Position numbers and translations under genes: made by a program | The notes under the pieces: model-generated | Databases searched by the model: none | What the model was told of the DNA's origin: nothing | The model's input: only the letters and a program-made list of their open reading frames with translations | Part shown: one piece after another, positions 1-13,800 of the stretch | How positions within the stretch are numbered: position 1 is the first letter of the stretch | How the letters are laid out: the number at the start of each line of letters is the position of its first letter | Assembly: GCA_964016885.1 (NCBI GenBank) | Contig: OZ024746.1 | Span: 54,250,001-54,314,000, forward strand | From: Eledone cirrhosa | Taxonomy: Eukaryota | Direction of reading: 5' to 3' | Length of the DNA: 64,000 nucleotides

Positions 1-505
1 CACCACGATTACCACAGCAGTATCAACAACAACTACAACAGCCGCTAGACGTTTCCTAATTATTCCTTGTTAACATTTACTCCTGCTCTTCTGTACTTTG
101 TACTTTACAATTTCAGATCTTCTAGCCATCGTTTTCTTCTATTTATCTGTTGCCTGTATAAATATTTATCTGAAGTCTTGTCTTATTTGAGTCCTGCTCT
201 AGACGTATTGCACCACACTACACTCCAATGCTTCACAACACTCCACATTACATCGCTCTATATGCCATCATACCGCACTACATTACATCATACCACAACA
301 AACTTCACTATAGTATAGAATTCTACACAGATTTTCTCAAATCGTGAGTTGTGGCCATCACAGAGGTCGTGAAGAAACCTGCCATTGAAGGATTTCTGAT
401 ATCTATATTTTTGCTAAATTTAAAAAAAAGAAATGACTAAGTTTCTATATTTAATTCCAGCTTAGCTTCTCCCCAGGACCATTTCTATTCATTAATATTA
501 TAAAA

Positions 506-690
506 GGGCGGTGGATTGGCAGTATCAGTAGAGGGTCGGACGCCATGCTTTCCAGCATAGTTACGTCCCTTTACGATCTGAGTTCAAATCCCGCCGAGGT
601 TGACTTTGTCTTTCACCCTTACGGGGTCGATAAAAGAAAGTACTAGTAATGCACTGGGTAATTGCTGGCCTTGTGCCTAAAGTAAAAACA
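506..690 (+). mobile_element. tRNA-derived SINE with Meta-type central domain
   Basis: Head GGCGGTGGATTGGCAGTATC(A/G)GTAGAG (A-box-like), B-box GAGTTCAAATCC, core (G)CTTTCACCCTTACGGGGTCGATAAAA..AAGTAC resembling the MetaSINE domain; 15-bp target-site duplication ATTAATATTATAAAA at 491-505 and 691-705. Confidence 0.85.
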
Positions 691-1196
691 ATTAATATTA
701 TAAAATCTTTATAGTTCGCGTGAAGTTTCACGGAAATATGCGTTTTATCTGAAGCATTCGAGAAGTTTTCCTCTACATCACAGTGATCTAAACCATTCTG
801 CTATATAGTATATACACGGAGATTGATGCCAACTAATGATAGAGCATTTAAACCTCCATTCGAATAGCATAGTACCGACTGATGAAATTCTCAAGAAGCA
901 CATGGCTATATCGTTCAGGAGTTCGCTTTCCAAAGGCTTGGTTTCTAGATCATTCCTACTGCATTGCATCTTACACAAGGGAAGTTCTTAACTGTTCGAC
1001 CAAGCAACGACTAGACAACTGATAATAAACGCTGAGAAACAACACATATTAATTCAGCTGGAAGTAGTATTATGTATAGAAGTTGCCTAAAGATTCTATG
1101 TTTATATTTGATTAATAATTATGTCAGGATAGTAGGATTAGCTCGGTAGCACACCGTGTAAACAACATCTACCAGACGCCATTGATACATACATAC

Positions 1197-1250
<54 letters not shown>

Positions 1251-1253
<3 letters not shown>

Positions 1254-1650
1254 TATGTACACGTACATACATATATGTATACAGACGTACAGTAGTATGT
1301 ATATGTATATACATACATGCACACATATATATATGTACGTATGGATTCACCGAACATTTATTATAATGCTCGGTGTGTTTGTAAACAAACATCCCGTATT
1401 AAGCCGTATTAACAAACGAGCAACGATGGTTGCTAGACACTACGGCTTAATACGGGATGTTTGTTTACAAACACACAGAGCATTATAATAAATGTTCGGT
1501 GAATCCATACGTACATATATATATGTGTGCATGTATGTATATACATACTACTGTACGTCTGTATACATATATGTATGTACGTGTACATACTTATATTTAA
1601 GTAACAGCCGTACTAAGAGTGGGAAATGAAATTTCGTTTCATTTTTCCGT
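1251..1650 (+). mobile_element. Non-autonomous (TA)n-inserted element (family B) with 5' inverted arm; ~155-bp palindrome
   Basis: 1251-1408 is the reverse complement of 1441-1592; the end GAAATGAAATTTCGTTTCATT-TATA is shared with copies at 50657-51362 and 54172-54360. Confidence 0.8.
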
Positions 1651-1759
1651 TTATATATATATATATTTATGTGTGTGTGTGTGTGTGTGTGTGTGTATTT
1701 GTATTTGTCGATACAAATATTTACGTATAGACATATATATATATATATGCATACATGTT

Positions 1760-1869
<110 letters not shown>

Positions 1870-2299
1870 AACATGTATGCATATATGAAACTAATGATAT
1901 ATACATATATACACATATAGAAACATACCAAATGTATCTAAACATTTCTGTCAGATATGTATATCCGTCAATATACGAGACAGATAAAGCATTTCCCCCT
2001 CTCTATTGTCAGCCATTATAAAATGTTTGTAGACGTCATAATTTATACACCACTTCCGGTATTTATTTCGTTAGTATTTCAACATAAGTGTTAACATCAG
2101 TTCTGGGGTCAGAGAATTGTTCTACTATTTATTTGTTGTCTGCATGCCTCTCCTCATCTCTCTGTAGGATTCTATCCACCGTCACACGCACATTCTTTTG
2201 AATCAGGTGTATATGTTATATATAAATACACAAAGACACACACACGCGGCCATTCATGCACACAAACGCACACATAAATACGCACATATACAAACACAT

Positions 2300-3276
2300 A
2301 CATAGTTTTCATTATCTGAAGTTTCAATTTTCACATTGCGAGATAGTTTACTTGATTTAAGTTTTCTTCACATGTCATATTCAGATGATGGTAAATTATT
2401 AATAAGCTTATGAATGGACTCTGCGACGTAGGTTTCAAAAGCCCTGACAAGAGTGTTGGCTGACATCCTTTGCTATTGATAACGATGAATTGAAAACTTT
2501 GGTTGAAGCAATTTCTCGCACAACTCTTTGAGAACTTGCAGGAAAGCTAGATATATGCATGCGAACGATTTCTGAACATCTGAACAGACTTGTAAAGGTG
2601 AAGAAACTTGAAAAACGGGTGCCACGTGTATAATCGCCGATATGAAGTCTGTACTTCGCTTCTCTTGCGGAATATCGTTCATTTCTTGATTTACTCAGAG
2701 ACGACGTACGATGATGTGTGGATTTTCTACAACAAACGACAACGCTAAGTGCAGTTGTTGGTCTCAGATGAAGCACCTAAACCTTCCACAGAGACAATGT
2801 TTCACCAAATGATGACTATAGTATTTCTTCGGTAATCTGTAGTCGGATGAATTCTTTACAGCTTTCTAAATCCTGGCGAAGCAATCAGAGCAGAAATGTA
2901 TTTTCACAACGTCAAAGAAATGCATACACATTTCAACGTATATAACCAGCAAATAACCAAAGTAAATCTGCTTTATACAGAATTCTTACTGCGTTTTCAC
3001 CAACAGTCTGTCACATGTTAAAGTATTTTGGACTTCATGTAAAGAAAAGTCTTCAACAATAAAAAAAAAAGGCGCAAAAAATGCATCGACGAATTCATCG
3101 AGTCCACATCTTCAGGATTCTATGTCACCTGAATAAACAAAATTGTCTCCTGTTGGCAAACAAATGTGTAGAATCTAAATGTTTTTATTTTGATCAATAA
3201 AGTATATTTTGGGTCCAGATATATAATTTTGAAGTTAAAGCTTAAACAATTGCATTAATTTCAGAACAAACTAATA
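2300..3276 (+). mobile_element. Degraded mariner (Tc1/mariner) transposon
   Basis: Broken frames read NDELKTLVEAISRTTL*ELAGKLD..TISEHLNRLVKVKKLEKRVP (WVPHEL region), WIFYNKRQR, FLNPGEAI, INKIVSCWQ; 3' TIR-like GCATTAATTTCAGAACAAACTAATA; 5' limit approximate. Confidence 0.75.
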
Positions 3277-3964
3277 GAAATTATTTAATATTATATTATG
3301 AAAGAAATATTAGTCTTTATAGATGTCACAAAATGAAATCAACTCGAGACCGAATAATTTTAATGTGAGATTTTAAACCATACACATGCTGTGTGGGTTA
3401 CCTTGATAAATTATGAATGTCAGAGATTTTCATCCACAACACGGACTTTCTACCTTCTTCCACTAAAATGATTTACAAATTTTAATAAGGTCTAGCATGA
3501 ATAATCACTATCCATACACACACACACACGAACACGTAACATTTTTCACCTTGCTAATGGAATTATTATCCTCATTATTATTGAGATTGTTGTTGCCATC
3601 ATTATTATGTTATCACATGACCTTCTGTACCCGAACGGAGAATGGAATAAATCATCATTGCTACACACACAGACACACACACACACTGTCACTTACACAC
3701 ACACACTGTCTCTTACACACACACTGAACTACACATACACAGAGAGACCAGACACTAATAAATAAAAGAAAATATATTTATTCAAAACAAAGAAAATATA
3801 TTTGTTCACCCGGCTATTTGCTGAACCATAACTACCCAAAACACACACACACGCCCCCCCCCCCACACACACACAGTCATGTATAATTCTTGTTCCTTTT
3901 GCTGATTGGATCGTTATTATTATAGTTGTCATACGGAGGTGATGTTGATGGTAATAATTTTTTT

Positions 3965-4475
3965 TCTTACACTTTACGGCATAGAGTTGCGGTCCTTTAC
4001 GTTCTGAGTTCAATTCCTGTCGAGATTAGCTTTGCCTTTGTGGATTGTCAAAGGGTGGTGGATTGGCAGTATCGGTAGAGGTTCGGACGCCATGCTTTGA
4101 CGCATAGAGTTACGGCCCTTGCCATTCTGAGTTCAAATCCCAAAAGTAGAAACAATTATTAAGGGGTCAATAAAATAAAATACCAGTAATGCACTGTGGT
4201 CGATTTAATCGACTTTCCCTTTCCCCCAAATTGTTGGTCTTGTGCTTAAACCAGAAATCGTTATTATTACTATTGTTGGTGGATTGGCAGCATCGGTAGA
4301 GGATCGGACGCCATGCTTCGCAGCATAGAGTTATGGCCTTTATTATCTGAGTTCAAATCCCGCCGAGTTTAGCTTCTTTGCCTTTCATCCATTACGGGGT
4401 CAATAAAATAAAGTACCAATAATACACTGGGGTAATTGCTGGCCTTGTGACAAAAGTAGAAACAATTATTATTAC
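3965..4475 (+). mobile_element. Cluster of three Meta-SINE copies (one partial, two nearly full)
   Basis: Repeated GGTGGATTGGCAG..GAGTTCAAATCC..GGGGTCAATAAAATAAAGTACC..TTGCTGGCCTTGTG..AGAAACAATTATT starting near 3980, 4053 and 4277. Confidence 0.8.
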
Positions 4476-5374
4476 TATTGTTTTTGTTAATGTTCGAATT
4501 ATTAAAAACCAGACATGAATTGCCACTGTCTATATTCATTAAACCATTCCCTTCCACTTTTCCTGGCTCGGAAGTGCCACCAAATTCGGTACCGAATCCC
4601 AAGGTCATCCTCAGCCCATCAAATTATACTTTAAGCCGATATTAACTTGAGCTACGTTTCACCATAAAAAGGAATGAGTCATGAAACTCGATTTTTGGCG
4701 CGAAATCACCACAAAACTCGATGCCTAATTACATAATTTTCCTCAACATATTAAATTGTACTTCAAATCTGAACCATATTTCTTTTGCATAAAACAAAGA
4801 AAGTCCCAAGATCAGTTTGATACAACACATCTCTCCACCTCTCTTAACTTTTGAAAATCATGAAACTGTGAAACCGGTGATGTTACAAATTGTTGTATAT
4901 AATCCTTCTTAAAGACTCAAAGTGCATTTTCAGCTTCTTCTTTCGTATATTTTTACCCTCGTGAGATATATTTAAAAAAAAAACTTACTTTCAAATATAT
5001 CTGGACGGGTAATATATGTGTGTATTACCCTTAATTTCAAAATATTTTCCTCACGATGGAAAATGTTTAACCCCGACGGCAGACGTGAGCGTTTCGGTTT
5101 GTTACCTCTTCTAGCCATCGTGAAGAAAATATCTCGAAATTAAGGTAATATGAAGAATGAAAAATAAACGGAGAGGCGAGAAAGTGAAGAAGAGAGAAAA
5201 GAAATTAAAAAAATTACGCAGATACAAAAGGCACTATAGAGTAGATGTTTAGGATAGCTTTGCTATCCTGGATAAAAGTTTGGTCAGAGGGTATATCTTC
5301 ATGGCAAATAGGGAAGTGTTGGATGGCATGGGGGTTAGAGGTGGAGGGAATCAAGTTTGTTATCACACTGAAAT

Positions 5375-5500
5375 AGGCGTCGAAACGGCTTGAGCTCTGC
5401 CGTCGGGGTTAAACATTTTCCTATTACCCACTCTACTACCCTAAGTATTGAGTACTCTGGTATGTTATGGTCCATCTGGTTCCTTACCACTCTTCCTTCG

Positions 5501-5502
<2 letters not shown>
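5375..5502 (+). mobile_element. 3' end (pseudo-LTR) of family A PLE derivative
   Basis: GTCGAAACGGCTTGAGCTCTGCCGTCGGGG..CCTATTACCCACTCTACTACC..GGTTCCTTACCAC..CCTTCGTTA then (TA)n; reverse complement of the family at 32325. Confidence 0.75.
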
Positions 5503-5555
<53 letters not shown>

Positions 5556-5633
5556 TATGTGTGTGTGTGTGTGTAATAGTTCTAGTCCTTTAGAAGACAT
5601 TTCTATATTAGATTGGTTATATATATATAAATC

Positions 5634-5686
5634 AAGAAAGAAGAGTGACACGGTTTGCTATACAAACCGTGTCACTCTTCTTTCTT
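5634..5686. repeat. Perfect 24-bp-arm hairpin next to a TA run
   Basis: AAGAAAGAAGAGTGACACGGTTTG-ctata-CAAACCGTGTCACTCTTCTTTCTT. Confidence 0.8.
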
Positions 5687-5851
5687 GTTTTTTCATTACT
5701 CCAAGTGTAAACAACATAGAAATCACCGCGTACTCGCAGCATCACTATGGAAACGCCTTGTTGAGTCAAGCGTTGATACAATCCACTACTCGGAGTACCC
5801 TAACTGGACTACACCTAAGTGGACTACCGAGAAACAATAATCTGTTATCCC

Positions 5852-5902
<51 letters not shown>

Positions 5903-6256
5903 CATATATATATATATACATACATACATATGTGTGTGCATGTGTGTACGTGTGTGTCAGTGAGTCTGTGTGTCTCTGTGTGTGATTGCGTACATGTGTG
6001 TATTACTGTGTTCGTGACCACTACCCTTGAAATCTACCAGGATACTTTATATCAGTCAATAACGAAAAATTGATCTAGAAATCTATTCTGGTCTAAAACT
6101 GGATCAGAACGAATGTATTTATGTGTATATCTGTGTATATAAGTGAATAATTCCTGAAAACGTTTCCAGCAAAGACAAACGTGGACAATTGCCAAGAATA
6201 TATAATCTAGAACTTAAAACCACAACACCCCTTCCTTGGCAGCTAGTTCTTCTATA

Positions 6257-6346
<90 letters not shown>

Positions 6347-6425
6347 TACACATATATATATATATATATATGTGTATGTGTGTGTGCATGTGTGTGTGTA
6401 TGTGTGCATACTATATATATATATA

Positions 6426-6497
<72 letters not shown>

Positions 6498-6794
6498 CAT
6501 GTACATATGTGTAAATATATATTTGTATTCTTTTATTTGTTCCTACTTCTTGGACGTATACACACATACAAACACAAACACACACACACATATATATATA
6601 TATACACACATACACAGAAACACACACATAAGTATATCGGAAATATAACAAAAAACTTTTCGCGGAAATGAGTTTAATTCTGTCTAATTAAAGTTGAACA
6701 TTTTGAGAATAAGATTGATAATAGATTCTGATTTAGACACATTGCCAGAATTTGTGTGTGTGTGTGTGTGGGGGGGGGGGGGGGGTAGTGTCGA

Positions 6795-6842
6795 TTATAT
6801 TAAAATGTTTTCGTCACACATTCTGTGACCTCTTCAATGATT
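6795..6842 (-). ncRNA. Degenerate hammerhead ribozyme motif
   Basis: Minus strand TTGAAGA-G-GTCACA GAATG TGTGAC-GAAA; stem II nearly the same as in the 20782 motif, but C3 is mutated and stem I is poor. Confidence 0.4.
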
Positions 6843-7019
6843 ACTTTGTTATTTTGTGTCTCTCCTTTGTTCTGCCCTACATAATATTGTTGTTGCGAGC
6901 TGTGAACTCATATATATATATTGCAAGAGATGTCCACATGAATGGACCAGTTATTTTTATCTAAAGACTTTTTTACAATTTCAACCAACCGTCCCCTCAA
7001 TCTATCTTATTTCTCATTC

Positions 7020-7060
7020 TTTCTTCTGATGAAGGACTAGCGTCCGAAACGTTATGACCC
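7020..7060 (+). ncRNA. Hammerhead ribozyme core (stem I degraded)
   Basis: CTGATGA-A-GGAC TAGC GTCC-GAAA-CGTTA; palindromic AACGTT in the stem III position; stem I pairing not convincing. Confidence 0.5.
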
Positions 7061-7207
7061 TCTGCCTGATAAATCAAGCGTTAACATAATATATCCCTTC
7101 CATATACTGTGTCGATTGTGTTGTTATTTCTGTTTACCTTTTACACACACACACACACATATATATATATATGTATATATATATATTATATATATATATA
7201 TATATAT

Positions 7208-7274
<67 letters not shown>

Positions 7275-8086
7275 TGTGTGTGTGTGTGTGTGAGAGTGTG
7301 TGTTCATGAAAGTCTATTTATTTCCGTCTATGTGTGTATGTGTATGTTGTGTGTGTGCGGCCATCTTAATTTCTTTGTTGTATTTCTTGCATACATATAC
7401 AGCTATGTGTGTGTTTATGTTATTTTTTATATGTATATATGTGTATAGCTGTTTCTGTGTTTACGCTGAATCGTAACTTAGCGATTCAACCAAACTATTA
7501 AATTAGGAACGAACTCAATAAATTTGATTGGATAAGACAGACAAAAAGCACTTCAAGACGGTGCCCAAGCATGCTAACAGTCTAATTCCTGAAACAAGTG
7601 AAAGATTAAATGAATAAAAGAATAAAAGAACAAAACATATAGGCAATAACAAGATTCAATTTAAATTGATTGTTGTCAGCTCCAGACATGTGTCAACCTT
7701 ATTTTGACCTAATGAAGGAATCCTAGATTTCACGGTATTTGACAATGTAGGTTAATGTTGAACCATTAGGTCAATGTAGAGAAAAAAGCATTTTACATTC
7801 TTTGATTGGTAAAGGATAATAGGAATTGTATAGATATTGAAATAAAATCAAAGACGCCAGGCTACGTCCTTCATCTATGGAAGTCTTCGATCTGTAGAGA
7901 CAAGATTGTCACTCAGTGGTGTACAGAAGAAGAAGCAAACGGCGGTTCAATGGAAAAATCAAAACAGATTAATGGAAAACAAAGAAAACGTATGATGATA
8001 AAGGAAAAAATCGACAAGAACAGAAAATGAAATGAAAAAATAGGCAAATACGAAGAAAAAGCAAGATATTGCAAATACAGTTGTAT

Positions 8087-8126
<40 letters not shown>

Positions 8127-8171
8127 TTATATATTTGTATGTATATATGTATATATACATACATATATATA

Positions 8172-8277
<106 letters not shown>

Positions 8278-8482
8278 TATATATATAAGTATATATATAT
8301 GTTGATATATATGTATGTATGTATATATATATATATATATATTCTTGTAGAGCGTAATTTTTTCTGGCAGATTTGTGTTAGTTTCAATCTGTATTCACAC
8401 ACATAAACACACACATACTCACTTTCCTTCGTATATATATTCATATATTCAAATATACATAAAAATATATAAATACACACAT

Positions 8483-8576
<94 letters not shown>

Positions 8577-10172
8577 GTGCGAGTGTGCATATATAATACA
8601 CACATACACTGCTACATTAATATAAACGTGTGCAGTGATATAAATATGAACAAGCATACCTCCATACTAACAAATGTAGGATGTCATTAGTACTTTCCAA
8701 CTGCTTTGCATTATGTTGTACTGTGCACGCCAACACACATACGCTCATATGTACGTATAAATATATCCGTGAATAAATACACACGCACACACACACAAAC
8801 ACAGTCTCACACACACTCATAAGAGAGAGAGAGAGAGAGATAGATTGCATTTTATTGTAGTGTGTTTGGGGTTTTTTAAGACAAATACTTTGGAACTCTT
8901 TGTGCAGTGTGATGCAGTAAATCGCATATATTCGTAGCTTTATTTTTTCAATGTATATTGTTAGTTTTTAAATCCCCACTTATAGATGGAAATGGCTGTG
9001 AAACAAATAACAGAAAAATCAACTGTAAACATAACAATATGGACACACACACATATTCTCACACAAGTACGCAATAAACATGTAAACATGGATACGCAAA
9101 TAAACACTCACGGAGTTAGTGACACACTTTCACGAAAGCATATATATTCATACGTAGTCATAAACATACGGATGAATGCAAGGCACACATACACACTCCC
9201 ATTCACACACACATATAATATATACATACATACACACATATATATATATAGGAATACATGTTTGCTTGTCTATGTAGAGAAAGGTCCCTTCATATATAAG
9301 AACATGTGTATTGTATCTGAACATAAAAGCCTATATATATATATGTGTGTGTGTGTGTGTAGGGGTGTGTGTGAGAGAGAGAGTGTGTGTGTGTGTGTCT
9401 GTGTGTGTGTGTAGATATAGATGTGTGTGTGGGGGGTGGGGATGATGGGGGGATGTGTGTGTGTGGAGGGGGGGCGTCGCGCTGTGTGTGTGTATATATA
9501 TATATATTCATTTATATAAGCACATGCCAGTGTATGAATGTAAGTATGTGTTCGAACATGTGACTTCCATGTGTACATATATCTGAAAACCAATAAATAC
9601 ATACATATGGAATATAATAATCTAAAAACATCAAAAATGAAAACTAAAATATCGAAAATCAAAAATCAAATTCAAACAATATATAATAGATAGAAATAAA
9701 ACCCACCGCAACTCTTAAGCAAAAGAAAAAGAAAAAAAAACCCAACAAGTTTGAGGAAACGAAGGGAAAAGAAAAATAGTGGAAAATCAAAAGTGAAAGT
9801 AAAAGGAACTGGTTTGTCAAAATATCAGATCGTAAGAACAGCAAGCGGAGTGATATAGGCGTAATCAGGCTTTTCTTTGACAAAAGAATATAAGCTGTGC
9901 TTCCGCCATGTCGCACACAGAAAAAAACAACAATAATATAACAAACAAAATACTAAGTAAAGAATAAATCATTTCCTTGTAAACAGAAACAACACGAACA
10001 ACTACAGCATCTAGAACAACAACTGTAACACAACAACGAGAACAACAGCAACAACAACCCCAACAACAATAAATTCAACAAGAGCAGAGGACAGGAAAAA
10101 AAAAAAAAAAACTACGACGAATAACAATGAATAATGAATATATTTATACATATATAAATATGTGTGTGTATT

Positions 10173-10229
<57 letters not shown>

Positions 10230-10303
10230 ATACACATACATACACACACACACACATATATATATATAATATATATGTATATAAATATATATATATATGT
10301 ATG

Positions 10304-10335
<32 letters not shown>

Positions 10336-10432
10336 TATACATACATATGTATATATATATGTATATATGTAGATATATATGTATATATAAATATACATAT
10401 ATATATGTATATATATATGTATATATATATAC

Positions 10433-10482
<50 letters not shown>

Positions 10483-10499
10483 GTATGTATATATGTATG

Positions 10500-10534
<35 letters not shown>

Positions 10535-10546
10535 GTATATATATAC

Positions 10547-10592
<46 letters not shown>

Positions 10593-10767
10593 GTATATCT
10601 TTTACAACAACAATTGTAGCAACAAGAAGTCCACTCGTTGTGAAGAATGTAAAAGAAGTAGTGAAACAATTGGTAATCGTTATAGTTTTCTAAAGCACAA
10701 CTTGTGTGTCAAATTTGTTTTATTGTATATAAACCCTCCATATATACACACACACGCTCACACACGC

Positions 10768-10858
<91 letters not shown>

Positions 10859-10989
10859 TAGACACATACATGCACATATGCATATACATATATTTATGTT
10901 TTATATATTTATACATAGATACATACACACATACTTATTACACGTTCATACATACACACACACACACATATATATGTATATATATATAT

Positions 10990-11184
10990 AACGAAGGAAA
11001 TGTTGTAAGGAACCAGGTGGACCATAACGCACCAAAGTACTCAATACTTAGGGTAGTAGGAACGAGTAGGACCCCGACGGCTGAGCTCAAGTCGTTTCGA
11101 CGGCTAATTCTGGACTAAACAATATAGTCCAGAATTAGCCGTCGAAGCGGCTTGAGCTCAGCCGCCGGAGTCCTGCTCGTTCCT
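10990..11184 (-). mobile_element. Family A PLE-derived mini element with internal fold-back
   Basis: Starts TA-ACGAAGGAAATGTTGTAAGGAACC; hairpin centred on CTGGACT..AGTCCAG; ends TTCCT-ATATA; both ends in (TA)n. Confidence 0.8.
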
Positions 11185-11234
11185 ATATATATATATATAT
11201 ATATATGTACGTGTGTGTATGTATGTGTGTGTTG

Positions 11235-11266
<32 letters not shown>

Positions 11267-11521
11267 CGTGTATGTATGTGTGTGTTGTATATATATATAT
11301 ATATACAATTTATATCACTGCATATTTATATCACTGCATATTTATATCACTGCATATTTATATCACTGCACAATATATATATATATATATATTACACTGT
11401 GTTTCTCTCTAGTTTTTTTCCCTGTACATATATTTTATTTCAAATTTTATCTGTGATTTGCTCTCGTTTTCTTCAGCAAATACCATATAATAATAATAAT
11501 AACAATAATAATAATAATAAT

Positions 11522-12292
11522 AGACATGGAACTGGTTGAGAAGAGGAGACCTCAAAAAGGCTACAGAAGGAATGCTAATGGCTGCGCAGGAGCAGGCCCT
11601 CAAAACGAAGTGGTTGAAACACCATATTTACAAGGAGAAGGCTAGCCCACTGTGCAGGATGTGGAGTGAGGAGACTGTGGCTCACATTGTATCCGAGTGT
11701 AAACACCTAGCCCAGACCCACTATAAGGGCTGGAGACATGATGTGATGGGCAGGGTGATCCACTGGCACCTGTGCAAAGTAAACAATTTACCACATTCTG
11801 AGAAATGGTATGAGCATAGACCAGAGGCGGTGATGGAGAACGATCAGGTGAAGGTGCTGTGGGATTTTAGGATACAGACGGACAAGAAACTGGAACACAA
11901 TAGACCTGACCTGGTGGTTGTGGACAAAGAAAAAAGAGCGTGTCTGATTGTGGATGTGGCCTGCCCATTCGACACGAGAGTGCAAGAGAAGGAGAGGGAG
12001 AAAATTAACCGATACCAGGACCTAAAGTGGGAGGTGAAAAGGATTTGGAACTGCCATGAAGTCAAAGTGATCCCGATTGTCATAGGCGCACTGGGGACTA
12101 TCTCCAAAAGTTTCCAGGGATGGTTAAAGAAAATCGGCCCCTTCACGCTTTTTGGAACGCTTCAAAAGGTATGCTTGCTGGGAACAGCAAGAACCCTCCG
12201 ATACGTCCTGAATATCTGAGGCTGGAGGTAGTGGCTTGATATTCAATCCAACGGACTTTCCAGTTAACCAACATCAATGACTGAGATTCAAG
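11522..12292 (+). mobile_element. 5'-truncated R4/Dong-clade non-LTR retrotransposon (RLE domain)
   Basis: ORF 11536-12219 with a degenerate CCHC region (CRMW..ETVAHIVSEC), RHD, RPDLVVVD..DVACP..EK..RYQDL restriction-like endonuclease motifs; (TAA)n on both sides; 3' UTR matches the copy ending near 54907. Confidence 0.9.
11536..12219 (+). CDS. C-terminal RLE endonuclease domain of R4/Dong-like element (truncated, frame open)
   Basis: PD-(D/E)xK motif RPDLVVVDKEKRACLIVDVACP and IPIVIGALG terminal motif. Confidence 0.8.
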   Translation: MRRGDLKKATEGMLMAAQEQALKTKWLKHHIYKEKASPLCRMWSEETVAHIVSECKHLAQTHYKGWRHDVMGRVIHWHLCKVNNLPHSEKWYEHRPEAVMENDQVKVLWDFRIQTDKKLEHNRPDLVVVDKEKRACLIVDVACPFDTRVQEKEREKINRYQDLKWEVKRIWNCHEVKVIPIVIGALGTISKSFQGWLKKIGPFTLFGTLQKVCLLGTARTLRYVLNI

Positions 12293-12345
<53 letters not shown>

Positions 12346-12347
<2 letters not shown>

Positions 12348-12532
12348 TGTTTCTACTTTAGGCACAAGGCCAGCAATTACCCAGTGCATTACTGGTACTT
12401 TATTTTATCGACTCCGTAAGGATGAAAGGCAAAGTCAACCTCGTCGGGATTTGAACTCAGATCGTAAAGGGACGTAACTATGCTGGAAAGCATGGTGTCT
12501 GACCCTCTACCAATACTGCCAATCCACCGCCC
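12346..12532 (-). mobile_element. Meta-SINE copy, tail-to-tail with the Dong element
   Basis: Reverse complement of the 506 family; tail merges into the (TAA)n tract. Confidence 0.85.
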
Positions 12533-13042
12533 TAATAATAATAATGACAATGTAAAATAGATGGATAGCGTAAAGGAGAAAGGAAAAAAATTCATGGAGG
12601 TTTAAAAATAAAGTTGAAATGTTTGAATTTATTGGTTGACAAAATGAAGGAGCGAATTAATATAAGGCAAAAATCTAATATGTTTTGGCGAAGTACAAAT
12701 TGACTAAAACAACACCGATCAGAAAATGTTTTAAAACTTTGTTAGAAGTTACACCTATTTCTGAAGAATCCACACAATTTTGGTCAGGTCTATGTGGGAT
12801 GGCAAACACGCGAGATCGACAAATGAAGCCGAGCATTTTATTAAATAAACCGAAACATAGATGGAAAAGAATTTCAAGAGCAAGATCAGAAAATGATCAA
12901 CAGGAAATCTACTGGAATGGATGAGATCCAAGTATTCTGTCAGAAAAGATTTGAAATTATTCATTCAAGGCTAAGGAAGTACTATATGATTGTGTAGTAC
13001 AAGTTGTTCCATGTTCGATGGTGCAATGTAATACAACTTTAT

Positions 13043-13215
13043 AATTGTTTCTACATTTGGCGCAAGGCCAGAAATTACCCCAGTGCATTACTGGTACTTT
13101 ATTTTATCGATCCCGTAAGGATAAAAGGCAAAGTTAACCTCGACGGGATTTGAAGTCAGACTGTAAAGGGACGTAACTATGCCGGAAAGCATATCGACCG
13201 ATACTACCAATCCAC
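13043..13215 (-). mobile_element. Meta-SINE copy
   Basis: Reverse complement of the 506 family. Confidence 0.8.
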
Positions 13216-13219
13216 AACT

Positions 13220-13800
13220 TTGATAAAAAATCTTGCTGTTACCAAGGCGATCATGAATAAGGGCAAAAGACGCCAAGAGAATTCTTGCATGGCTTGGATA
13301 GATTTTAAGAATGATTTTAACATGGTCCCACGCCTACTGAAAACTTTGAGAATGATTTGAGAATGACCGATTAAGTGTATCAACAGTTACCAGAGAAAGT
13401 CCTAGAAAACCAGACTGCGAAACAGATGTTAGACGTTAAAATCCAATAGAGAATTCTTGAAAATGCAAAGCCATACATAACTTTGGTGGATAGAGGTACT
13501 AAAAGAACGAGTTTGTTAATCAACATAGCTTGCCCGGGAGACATCAATGGTAAAGAAAACGAGAATATCATAAAGTATACAAACTTGAATATAGATATTG
13601 AGAGAATGTGGAATATGAAAGCAAGGGTGGTAACAATTGTGATGACAGCACTTGGGTCGGTGACAGAAAACCTCCAGAAAAGCCTTGTTAGAATTGGAAT
13701 CAGTCCCAACATTACGACGACATTGGGAATAGCAAATACCCTGCGGAAAGTATTGTCTATCTGAGGTTATATCAGTTGATAAAGAGTCAATTAAATGTTG
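13220..13800 (+). mobile_element. Old, internally deleted R4/Dong-like relic
   Basis: AWIDFKNDFNMVP (RT motif) followed directly by the RLE remnant LINIACPGD..KYTNL..IVMTALGSV..LRKVL. Confidence 0.7.

Noticed and set aside
506-600. tRNA gene-like A/B boxes
   Set aside because: SINE heads; no cloverleaf, and always followed by the SINE body
870-910. CTGATGA motif
   Set aside because: No stem II followed by GAAA; not a hammerhead
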